From the NCBI GenBank assembly GCA_965219535.1, contig CBDCNV010000002.1, forward strand, positions 1,260,001-1,292,000: a stretch of 32,000 bases of DNA. Direction: 5' to 3'. The DNA is from Opitutales bacterium. Lineage in GTDB: Bacteria; Verrucomicrobiota; Verrucomicrobiia; Opitutales; PNEW01. This document shows, in pieces, positions 23,835 through 31,977 of this stretch. The notes below the pieces were generated by a model. That model did no database searches. It was not told where the DNA came from and saw only the letters and a program-made list of their open reading frames with translations. The position numbers were made by a program, and so were the translations under genes. Numbering within the stretch: the stretch's first letter is position 1; each line of letters starts with the position of its first letter.

Positions 23835-24629
23835 ATGGAAGATTATAAGGACAAAGTGGTCATCGTCACAGGTGCCTGTGGTGGCATAGGAGAAGTGATC
23901 GCTGAAAAGATGGCCGGAGCCAGCGCCGCGCTGGGACTCTGTGATATCAATCGCGATAAGCTTGTTTCAGTCGCGGATAAATTTCAGAGCGCGGGTGCGC
24001 GTGTTCACCACTCAGTCACCGATGTTTCCAAGGAAGATGAGGTTCATGAATTTTGCGACGCGGTCGTTTATACACTCGGGAAAATCGATTGTCTGATAAA
24101 TACGGTCGGCATTGTAGATTGCCAGGGTGACATTGAAGAACTGTCTCTTTCGCTATTGGATAAAACCCTGGGTATCAATCTCACTTCAGCTTTCCTCATG
24201 GCAAAGTATTCACTTCCACATATCAAGCAGCAGGGTGGGGGTGCGATCCTCAACATATCATCGGCTTCAGGTCTCGCCAACCAGGCAAAGGCGATGGTTT
24301 ATTCGGTTTCGAAAGCCGCCCTCCTATCGCTCACACGAAGCGAAGCCATCGATCTTGCTCCCTATAAAATTCGCGCCAACTCCATCTCCCCGGGCTCGGT
24401 GTATACGCCATTGTTGGATGATGCACTTCGTGATCAGTCCAAAATCTACAACCGCACGGAGGAGGAGCAGTTGAAGGTATGGGAATCGCAATATCCAACA
24501 CAGCGTTTTTCGACGCCACAGGAAATCGCCGAGCTCGCCCTATTTTTGTGCAGCGATCGAGCGTCTAATATTACCGGCTCCAATTTTGTTATCGATGGTG
24601 GACTAACATCCCTGCTCCCCGAAAGGTGA
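23835..24629 (+). CDS. short-chain dehydrogenase/reductase (SDR)
   Basis: 264 aa with TGACGGIGE, NISS and YSVSKAAL (YxxxK). GAGGAG lies 8 nt upstream of the ATG. Confidence 0.9.
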   Translation: MEDYKDKVVIVTGACGGIGEVIAEKMAGASAALGLCDINRDKLVSVADKFQSAGARVHHSVTDVSKEDEVHEFCDAVVYTLGKIDCLINTVGIVDCQGDIEELSLSLLDKTLGINLTSAFLMAKYSLPHIKQQGGGAILNISSASGLANQAKAMVYSVSKAALLSLTRSEAIDLAPYKIRANSISPGSVYTPLLDDALRDQSKIYNRTEEEQLKVWESQYPTQRFSTPQEIAELALFLCSDRASNITGSNFVIDGGLTSLLPER

Positions 24630-24632
24630 ACG

Positions 24633-24851
24633 ATGAATCAACAAAGTGAAGATAAATTTGACGGCCCTTGCGATGTCTGTGGTAAACCTGGCTATGTACA
24701 ACAGATTCCCGGCGTGCCCGTTTCAGGTTGCTTCTGTGATGAGCACGTGCCAACAGGTCTACCTATTATTGCCGTGCTTTTTAATCTGACGGTTATATTG
24801 ATACTATTTTCAGTAATTGGAGGGTTAATTTATTTATTCTTCTTCAAATAA
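24633..24851 (+). CDS. small tail-anchored membrane protein with CxxC...CxC-x2-H motif
   Basis: 72-aa ORF whose ATG lies 3 nt after the SDR stop (GGTGAACGATG), suggesting translational coupling. It has a C-terminal hydrophobic helix. I recognise no family. Confidence 0.5.
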   Translation: MNQQSEDKFDGPCDVCGKPGYVQQIPGVPVSGCFCDEHVPTGLPIIAVLFNLTVILILFSVIGGLIYLFFFK

Positions 24852-24913
24852 TTAATAAGAATAGAATCAACATTTTGGATTTTTAAAAACGCACTGTAGA
24901 AAATACGCTCATT

Positions 24914-24948
24914 CTTCGACTTTCGACTTTCGACCTTTGACCTTCGAC
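24914..24948 (+). repeat. TTCGAC/TTTGAC array (x5)
   Basis: cttcgactttcgactttcgacctttgaccttcgac, 13 nt upstream of the RidA ATG. Confidence 0.95.
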
Positions 24949-24961
24949 TATCTATTCCCCT

Positions 24962-25342
24962 ATGAAACGAAAAAATATTTCTTCCCAAAGTCCCTTTGAG
25001 CCCGTATTCGGCTATTCACGCGCGGTTCGCGTTGGCAATCAGATTCACTTAGCGGGAACAACAGCGCAACCACCTGAGGATCAGGGTGACGCCTACGAAC
25101 AGGCAGCAGGGGCGTTACAGATTATTCGAAAAGGGCTCGTTGAAGCCGGTGCCGATTTTAAAGATGTCGTACGTACCGTCGTCTATATAACAGATATGAA
25201 ACACATGGAGGGAGTTACCCGTGCGCATAGCGAAGTCTTCCGTGAAATATTGCCCGCTTCAACCTTGGTCGCTATATCAGCCTTAGCTAAGCCCCATCTC
25301 GTCGTCGAGATCGAGGCTTATGCGATATTAGAGAATGAATGA
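24962..25342 (+). CDS. RidA / YjgF / UK114 family enamine-imine deaminase
   Basis: 126 aa. The size and the segments AVRVGNQIHLAGT and VVEIEAYA are typical of the family. The ATG lies 13 nt after a TTCGAC/TTTGAC array with no Shine-Dalgarno. Confidence 0.8.
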   Translation: MKRKNISSQSPFEPVFGYSRAVRVGNQIHLAGTTAQPPEDQGDAYEQAAGALQIIRKGLVEAGADFKDVVRTVVYITDMKHMEGVTRAHSEVFREILPASTLVAISALAKPHLVVEIEAYAILENE

Positions 25343-25349
25343 ATAATAA

Positions 25350-25425
25350 GGTGGAACGCGCTGTCCCCTAGCGCGTTTCAAAATGTCATAAGGGAAGAAG
25401 CGTGCTAGGGACAGCCCGCTCCACC
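25350..25425 (-). repeat. GGTGGA...TCCACC long hairpin, inverted orientation relative to 16751-16829
   Basis: The right arm cgtgctagggacagcccgctccacc is the exact reverse complement of 16751-16775. The left arm is ggtggaacgcgctgtcccctagcgcg. The element lies between convergent genes and is followed by a reverse TTAGG array (25431-25460). Confidence 0.95.
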
Positions 25426-25482
25426 GCTTACCCTAACACTTAACACTTAAAACTTAACACTGATCGATAAATCACCAATCAC

Positions 25483-27702
25483 TTAAAACGTTACTTCTTC
25501 AAAGTTAAGGGTGATCGTTTCTCCAACCTCGTTTTCGAAGGTAGCAGCAACGCTCTGTGTCGGTTGGGGCGTGTTGTCGGATTTGAAGTTGTTCTGCGAA
25601 ATCAAGGTCTCAATTCCGGATGTCGTCGAATCACTCTCCGCGACGACGACTGCGGCCCCGTTCGTCTGCAACAAATCTCCTCCCGTGATCCTCACCCCGG
25701 GGTTGCCGGCTGGCACAGTGAAAGAGCCTTCTCCAAACAAAAGGTACGGAACTGCATCCCCACTGGCATCGATGTCGCCTAAGGTTAAGCGAACCGCGAT
25801 CGGTACCCCGCGCGCGTCGACACCGGTCTTGCCGGTGCTTCCACTGAAGACGGTGTTCGATAACTGCACTCCTCCCATTCCTGTGGAATTAACGACTTCT
25901 ACGAGGGCCACGTCCGCTTGTGCGTCATAGACCTGTCCCTCGGGGAAGAGGGCCTGGTTAAACGCGTTGATCCTGCCCACGGTGAAGATACTGAAGAAGG
26001 TATTGGCATCCGCGCCGTCGATGACGACGCTCGGCTTGCCCGTCACGTACTCAACGGCCTGGTTGTAGCGTGGTGGGATGGCCGGGGGCAGGAAGGTAGC
26101 TGGGTCCAGGGTTACGGTAAAGGTACCATTACCTGAAAACTCTACCTGCACAATATCCTCGTTTTCGTCCATGAAGGAGACGCGTGTGATCTGTCCCGGT
26201 TTGGCCTGGAGTTGGACGGACTCTCCGGTAAGTAAAATCTGGTCGAAGACGTTACCGTTGGCATGCTGAATGTTTTCCCCGGCGATATCGCCCGAGCCGT
26301 CAAGCACGAGAGGGATAGCCGCGGCTGCGATCGTAATAACCGCAGTATCGCTGTCCGCGGTTCCTCCAGCGTTAGTAATCTGTACCCAAAAGCTTGTGCT
26401 CGCGGTGAGCGCGCCCGTGTCTAACGTGCCGCTGGTAGCGCCGGCGACGGGACTGGCGGTGTCGCCGCTGTTGCCGGTAAACCACTGGTAAGTGAGATCG
26501 TCACCACTGGCGGTAACGGACAAGCTGGCTGAAGCGCCCGAAGCGACCTCCTGGCTCGCGGGCTGGGTAGTGATGGACGGGGCATCCGCGGGTGGGGGTC
26601 CTTCGGAGCCCGTGCCCGGTGCTCCGATGGGCGTAAACCCAAAATCGTCAACTGCAGTACGACTGAAAAGAGCGTTTATATCCGGGTCATCTTTCATCAC
26701 AAGTCTGCTAATGCCGCCCGGGGCTCCCAATTCATCCGCATTAATCGTTATGAAACTAGGTTTGAATTCAGGGGTAATATCCCCCTCTAAATTCCTTAAG
26801 GTAACAAGCAAGTTATCGTTCGTATCATAGACTTCGATTGAGCCGTCAGGATCGGAGGTACTTGATGTCACCACTGCGGCTCCAAAAAGATCAATTTCAT
26901 AAGCTGGCGTTTCAAAAGTGATGGTCGCTTCTTCTCCATTAAATATTGCATAAGAATGAGGGAACGAGCGTACTTGTTCGAAGGCACCTGAGACAAATAC
27001 GATAGACCCCCCTTCAAAAGTAGCCGTATTAGGCGACGTCCCAATGACTAAGGGCTCAGATAATCCATCCCCTACGCCAAATTCACTAAAAGTGCTGTAA
27101 ACCGTGTTGTTCGAGGGAAATTCCGTCAGGGTGAACCCCAAGTCGTCGAGGACGAGTTTTCCGGTTACATTAAAAATCTTCACTTCTATAATGCCGCTGA
27201 TGAAATTAAAATCATCTTCATCCTGGAAAAATCCGCTGTCGGCGACAAAGCTGTATAAGGGGGGATTTGCGCCGGGACTGATATTTGAAGGCAGCCCATC
27301 CACAACACCATCGTCACCTATTACCGTTATCGCCATACGACCTGGGCCCGCTAAATTTGATTCATTGATTATTCCCCTGAACTCCATCCTGCCAGCGCCC
27401 GTTGTTTCTCCAGCATAAAATTCGATAAATTGAATACCTCTTTCCGAGATGATCTTTCCCTCCTGTCCGGGCCCGAGGGTTATCGCTTTTGTTCCTGAAT
27501 GTAAAAGCGCGGGATCCTCTAATGTCTCAATCGTGAAGCCGACCAGCTTAATCCGATTGGGCTCTTCACCGATAAAAAATTCACCTTCACCGCTGATGTC
27601 TTCAAAATCTGTGAATACCTCCAGGTCTTGAGGCAGGGCGATAAGAAGAATCGGGTTTAAAATTGAGAGTAAAACGAGCGTAAGTGCATTTTTAAAAAAC
27701 AT
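25483..27702 (-). CDS. large secreted/surface protein with Ig-like domain
   Basis: 739 aa. It has an N-terminal signal (MFFKNALTLVLLSILNPILLIALP). A central ITTQPASQEV...LTYQWF...TADSDTAVITI segment is Ig (I-set)-like. The composition is Gly/Thr/Ser-rich. The internal plus-strand ORFs are shadows. Confidence 0.7.
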   Translation of the reverse strand: MFFKNALTLVLLSILNPILLIALPQDLEVFTDFEDISGEGEFFIGEEPNRIKLVGFTIETLEDPALLHSGTKAITLGPGQEGKIISERGIQFIEFYAGETTGAGRMEFRGIINESNLAGPGRMAITVIGDDGVVDGLPSNISPGANPPLYSFVADSGFFQDEDDFNFISGIIEVKIFNVTGKLVLDDLGFTLTEFPSNNTVYSTFSEFGVGDGLSEPLVIGTSPNTATFEGGSIVFVSGAFEQVRSFPHSYAIFNGEEATITFETPAYEIDLFGAAVVTSSTSDPDGSIEVYDTNDNLLVTLRNLEGDITPEFKPSFITINADELGAPGGISRLVMKDDPDINALFSRTAVDDFGFTPIGAPGTGSEGPPPADAPSITTQPASQEVASGASASLSVTASGDDLTYQWFTGNSGDTASPVAGATSGTLDTGALTASTSFWVQITNAGGTADSDTAVITIAAAAIPLVLDGSGDIAGENIQHANGNVFDQILLTGESVQLQAKPGQITRVSFMDENEDIVQVEFSGNGTFTVTLDPATFLPPAIPPRYNQAVEYVTGKPSVVIDGADANTFFSIFTVGRINAFNQALFPEGQVYDAQADVALVEVVNSTGMGGVQLSNTVFSGSTGKTGVDARGVPIAVRLTLGDIDASGDAVPYLLFGEGSFTVPAGNPGVRITGGDLLQTNGAAVVVAESDSTTSGIETLISQNNFKSDNTPQPTQSVAATFENEVGETITLNFEEVTF

Positions 27703-27714
27703 GGCTATCTTTGA

Positions 27715-27750
27715 TATGTATTGATGGGGGGAGATGTATTGATGGGGGGA
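27715..27750. repeat. 18-bp tandem repeat x2 just upstream of the secreted-protein gene
   Basis: (t/g)atgtattgatgggggga occurs twice. On the coding strand it reads tccccccatcaatacat x2 and ends 12 nt before ATG 27702. Confidence 0.9.
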
Positions 27751-28003
27751 ACAATCTCATTAGAGAAGGTGACTAGGTCAAATCTAAAACCTAATATTCA
27801 ATTATATGTAAAAAACCTAATTTACGTAACATATGTGATTTACTAGTAAAGAATGAGCTTACACCTTGATCTAAGTTTACTTGGTGGCTCTCTATTACTA
27901 TTAAATAACTTGACGCTATTATAGTCCCGCTCGAGTATTTTAAAACTGTCGCACCTGCCATACCAATGGTTGTAAACCTGTGTATCTTTCAACGAATTGA
28001 GCA

Positions 28004-28873
28004 ATGATAAAAGTAAAAGAGGGAAAACAGACGATTGAGGATATTGTTCGTGAAATTAATATGAACGGCTTCAGTGTATCTGAAGGTGTAATCCCTGAAG
28101 ACAAAGTTGCCGAGGTCCGTGAAGGTGCAGTTAGTGCCGGTGCGGAAGAATTTGCGCGCGTCGCAGAAGAGAGAGAAAAGTCCCGGGCGCAAGGCCACAT
28201 TATTGGGGCTGAAGGCGTCGACCAGGCTAAAGGTCTTATTAATCATACTCAGGTATTTGTTCCCTATCTCACACATGAAAAATTTTTAGGTGTCGCCGAG
28301 GCAATTTTCGGACCCCATATAAGACTTATCTGGACCTCGGTTCTTATCAACAACCCGGGGACTAAACGGTTTTACTGGCACGCGGATTGGCCCTATAATC
28401 AGACCAATGCTTCGCATATTCCCACACCTTATCCCGATGTAATCATGGGATTGGCTTCATTATGGATGTTGACCCCCTTCAATAAAGAAACGGGTGGGAC
28501 CCTGGTGGTACCCGGCAGTCACCGGATGAATAACAATCCCTCGGCTGAAGGGATAAAAGGGATTGATCGTCATGCCCCCTATAAAACGGAAATGCAAGTC
28601 AGTGGAAATCCGGGCGATGTCCTGGTTTATGATCCGCGTCTTTGGCATGCCGTGGCCCCTAACGTCAGCAAGGAAGCGCGCGTAGCCCTGGTTATGCGAT
28701 TAGCCCCCTGGTGGTTTAATGTTACTCCCGCGATGAAAGGGTCACCGGAGCATACTAAAATGGTAATCGATACCGGGGGGAAAAATTACGACATCCCACC
28801 GATCAAACGCCATGTTCTTGAAAAATTACCTGAAGATATAAAGCCTCTCTTTAGTCATTGGGTAGTGGATTGA
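28004..28873 (+). CDS. phytanoyl-CoA dioxygenase (PhyH) family Fe(II)/2-oxoglutarate oxygenase
   Basis: 289 aa with NGFSVSEGVIP at the N-terminus, WHADWPY (H-x-D) and a distal LWHAVAPN His. Confidence 0.8.
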   Translation: MIKVKEGKQTIEDIVREINMNGFSVSEGVIPEDKVAEVREGAVSAGAEEFARVAEEREKSRAQGHIIGAEGVDQAKGLINHTQVFVPYLTHEKFLGVAEAIFGPHIRLIWTSVLINNPGTKRFYWHADWPYNQTNASHIPTPYPDVIMGLASLWMLTPFNKETGGTLVVPGSHRMNNNPSAEGIKGIDRHAPYKTEMQVSGNPGDVLVYDPRLWHAVAPNVSKEARVALVMRLAPWWFNVTPAMKGSPEHTKMVIDTGGKNYDIPPIKRHVLEKLPEDIKPLFSHWVVD

Positions 28874-28876
28874 GAA

Positions 28877-28926
28877 ATATGCGATAACGCGTGTAAGCGA
28901 AAACGAGTAGATGCGGACTTGCGTCC
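28877..28926. repeat. degenerate ATGCG-type array
   Basis: atatgcgataacgcgtgtaagcgaaaacgagtagatgcggacttgcgtcc. Confidence 0.8.
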
Positions 28927-28993
28927 CTCTATCATTGCAAGTGCAGCTATTAAAGGCACAGCCTGACATCTTTCATTTTAGGAAGTTCAAAAA

Positions 28994-29016
28994 CCGTGAA
29001 CCCAGAACGGTGAACC
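28994..29016. repeat. GAACC heptamer array
   Basis: ccgtgaacccagaacggtgaacc, between convergent genes. Confidence 0.85.
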
Positions 29017-29033
29017 TTCCCCCCTAACGGGCT

Positions 29034-31595
29034 TTATTTTTTATTGCGATTGAGCGTGTAGAGGGTGAGTCCTTCTAAGGGTTTTTCTTTATCCGGAATA
29101 ATGAGGCTGACAATATACCCTACGCTTAAGCATAAAAAGAATCCAATTATGGTGTAGAGGAAAAAGTGAATCGGCGTGTGGTATTTAATAAAGTAGAGGA
29201 ACAATGCGCTGGCGATGGCACCAATTAATGCTCCGATTCCTTTCGCCCGTCGCGTAAATATGCCGAGGGCAAAGAGACCGGCCAATCCACTGCTGAATAA
29301 ACCGACAATGGCAGCAGAAAATAAGGTAGCAGACTTAATGTCAAAGCTAACCATAATAAGGGCGATTGCCGTGGCAAAGATACCGCTGAGCAGGGTAATC
29401 CTGCGGGCGAGAATAAAATAGGAATGTTCAGACTTGTCGGGTATAAAGCGTCGGTAAATATCAGTGACAAAAACAGTCGAGATCGAATTCATCCCGCTAT
29501 CTAAACTGGACATCGCGGCAGAAAAAATAGCCGCTATAAGAAACCCAGCAAGTCCGATAGGAATGTTCTGTGCAACATAGAGCGGAAAAATCGCATCGTT
29601 CTGCATCCCGAGGTTTATACCCGTAGGATGCGTTTTATAATAAGCGTAAAGAGATGATCCCATAACATAAAATACAATGGCCGTCGGAATACCGATTATC
29701 GCATTTAACCATAATCCTTTAGCGGCTGATTTTTCGTCCTTCGTGGTTAAAAATCTTTGGATCCTAGCCTGGTCGGAAGTTAAAACCACAATCGTCCTGA
29801 AAACACCTCCCAAAACGACGACCCATATAGTCGGTGCGGTAAAATCCCAGTCCAGGTAAAGCATACGAAATTTATCGTTAGCCATACCGACATCGACAAC
29901 ACCCATGACACCGCCATCGACATGTAATGTGACCGTAATGATAGCGACAAAAATTCCGGTAAAGAAAATAATGACTTGTAACACATCCGACCAGATGACC
30001 GCTTCAATCCCTCCCAGTGCCGTGTAAAAAGTGCTGAGTAGCCCCATGGACAGTATGCACACATAAATATTAATCCCCGTAATCGTGGAGAGAACAATTG
30101 CTGGCAGGTACAAGATGAGGCTGATCCTAATCATTTGAAAGATGATAAACTGGAGGCTGCCAAATAAGCGGACTGCGACATTAAAGCGTAATTCCAGGTA
30201 CTCATAGACGGTCGTAATGTTTAATCTTCGGAAAAAAGGCAGATAGAAATAGATAATAATTATCGGTACGATGAAGGCTCCAATTGTAGCGGGAAACATG
30301 AACCAGTCCGTGGCATAAAGTAACGCTGGAGTGGCGATATAAGTCAGGGCACTGAGCCCGGTCCCCAGCATACTGATCGCCGCGGCCCACCAGGGAATAC
30401 GGCGGCCAGCTAGAAAATAATCGTCGGTTCCCTTTTCTCGTCTGGAGAAATAAAGCCCCATAAAGACAAGGATCGACAGATAGAAAATAAGAAAAGTGTA
30501 ATTAACGACACCGAAGGAAGCTTTTGCACCCGATTCATGCTTCATAAATTGAATTCTGGGTGTGTTTTCGCCGGAACTGAGCTCACCACTGACGAGCAGA
30601 AATCCTCCCTTCCATGGCACAGCCTCGGCATTTGCCACCGCGCGGGGAATTTCTCCTTTGACGAGCCAGGTGTCAGTAATCGTGTGATAGGCGAGCAGAT
30701 CGTGCGATTGTTTGAGTTTTTCATTTTCCCCAATATGTCTACCGCCAAAAATTATAATATGTGATTGGCCATAATTAATAACCGGAGCTGCAGTAATGGG
30801 GTGAGGGGTGTCAGCGATCCTTTCCCATATTTTTTGTCGAAGTGAATAACGATAGCCGTCGGTCAGCGACTGTGTTTGAAGATCACCTTCCTCGTGCTGG
30901 GTAATCCCTTCACCGCCTAAAAGATAAACATAACTCTTATCTCCCGTGTTTTGTCTGACCACTTTGGCATTTGTCCGGGCCGGACCATCCCAGGGGTCTA
31001 AACTATTCCACCCCGCCTCCAAATTAAGGAGATTGAGCGACCAGAATATTTTTGATAGCTCTGATTCTTCGGCTTCAACTTTTCCCCCTGCAACAAACAG
31101 CGTATCGCTGACAAGTGTGGCGTCGATGAATGAGACGGGATGTAGGAGAGGTGGCAGAGATTCCTGCTCTATCATCTGTGATTCGGTATTCCAGGTTAAT
31201 CGTGTCACCTGGTCTTGATTGCCATCTGCGTTTCTTCCACCAATCAGTATTAAACTGTTATCACTGATTACCGATGCACCATAAGCGAGTGGTGCCTTTA
31301 ATTTATATCCCTCTAGCCACTCATCCTGCTCATCATTGACGAGAACATAGATATCGTCGTACCAGGCAATTTTATCACTTTTCCATTTGGTGATATCAAA
31401 GGAGTCAGCGCCACCGGCGACAATCAGCGCGCCGTTGCTGACACCCGCGAATGCGCCACTCAAGCCAGATGGACGGGGCAGTTCGGGGAGTTCTTTCCAG
31501 GTGAAAGCTTCTTCCCTCTGGGACTCAACATTACTGCAACCACTAAAAAACAGGAGAGCCGCAATATAGGATGCAATGATCTGAGAACATTTCAT
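29034..31595 (-). CDS. lipoprotein-anchored Kelch/NanM-like beta-propeller fused to a sodium:solute symporter (SSS) domain
   Basis: 853 aa. It has a lipobox-like signal (LLFFSGC). Six hydrophobic-GG blades follow (LIVAGG, LILIGG, LFVAGG, YLLGG, IIFGG, LLVSG), then ~500 aa of multi-pass membrane domain with an SSS-like layout. Confidence 0.85.
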   Translation of the reverse strand: MKCSQIIASYIAALLFFSGCSNVESQREEAFTWKELPELPRPSGLSGAFAGVSNGALIVAGGADSFDITKWKSDKIAWYDDIYVLVNDEQDEWLEGYKLKAPLAYGASVISDNSLILIGGRNADGNQDQVTRLTWNTESQMIEQESLPPLLHPVSFIDATLVSDTLFVAGGKVEAEESELSKIFWSLNLLNLEAGWNSLDPWDGPARTNAKVVRQNTGDKSYVYLLGGEGITQHEEGDLQTQSLTDGYRYSLRQKIWERIADTPHPITAAPVINYGQSHIIIFGGRHIGENEKLKQSHDLLAYHTITDTWLVKGEIPRAVANAEAVPWKGGFLLVSGELSSGENTPRIQFMKHESGAKASFGVVNYTFLIFYLSILVFMGLYFSRREKGTDDYFLAGRRIPWWAAAISMLGTGLSALTYIATPALLYATDWFMFPATIGAFIVPIIIIYFYLPFFRRLNITTVYEYLELRFNVAVRLFGSLQFIIFQMIRISLILYLPAIVLSTITGINIYVCILSMGLLSTFYTALGGIEAVIWSDVLQVIIFFTGIFVAIITVTLHVDGGVMGVVDVGMANDKFRMLYLDWDFTAPTIWVVVLGGVFRTIVVLTSDQARIQRFLTTKDEKSAAKGLWLNAIIGIPTAIVFYVMGSSLYAYYKTHPTGINLGMQNDAIFPLYVAQNIPIGLAGFLIAAIFSAAMSSLDSGMNSISTVFVTDIYRRFIPDKSEHSYFILARRITLLSGIFATAIALIMVSFDIKSATLFSAAIVGLFSSGLAGLFALGIFTRRAKGIGALIGAIASALFLYFIKYHTPIHFFLYTIIGFFLCLSVGYIVSLIIPDKEKPLEGLTLYTLNRNKK

Positions 31596-31604
31596 TTTAT
31601 AATT

Positions 31605-31645
31605 GTATACGCGATTAAGCGTGAACGCGGGTATGCGGAATTAAG
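31605..31645. repeat. degenerate ATGCG-type array
   Basis: gtatacgcgattaagcgtgaacgcgggtatgcggaattaag, upstream of the symporter-fusion gene. Confidence 0.8.
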
Positions 31646-31682
31646 AGTAGAATGTCAAAAGACATTTCTATGACATTGTGCA

Positions 31683-31710
31683 GGTGAAACGCGGTCGACT
31701 CCGCCTCCAC
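31683..31710. repeat. miniature GGTGRA...CCAC hairpin
   Basis: ggtgaaacgcgg-tcgact-ccgcctccac keeps the outer arms of the GGTGGA hairpin family without the interior. Confidence 0.6.
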
Positions 31711-31711
31711 T

Positions 31712-31956
31712 CTTGTCATTGCGAGGGAGGTATTCAACCGATCGTGGCAATCCAGGCGAATAATCATTGTACTTACGAATACTTAGTCTACACTAAGATC
31801 TTTCCAATGAGGTTCATCTCCTCAATCAAGTTAATTGTTTAATTGAGAGTAAGCCCTAACATCCAGAGACCTGCATCACTCAACTGACATCCTCCTGGAA
31901 TGTAAGATGTCGCTACGCTCGGTAGCCGCGTCGCGTTGCTCCTCGCAATGACAAAC
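31712..31956. repeat. GTCATTGCGAGG / CCTCGCAATGAC-bounded palindromic element (~245 bp)
   Basis: The termini are a perfect 12-bp inverted pair (31715-31726 and 31941-31952). The element contains ggcaatccagg and cctggaatgtaagatgtcgctacgctcggtagcc, as element 20547-20741 does. Confidence 0.9.
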
Positions 31957-31977
31957 GAAGGGAATCGCTGGTGCGCG

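Noticed and set aside
27910-27925. A sigma-70-like promoter (ttgacg ... tatagt) upstream of PhyH gene 28004.
   Set aside because: The spacing between the two hexamers is only ~4 nt, and no alternative -10 sits at 16-18 nt. I could not support a promoter call here or elsewhere by eye.
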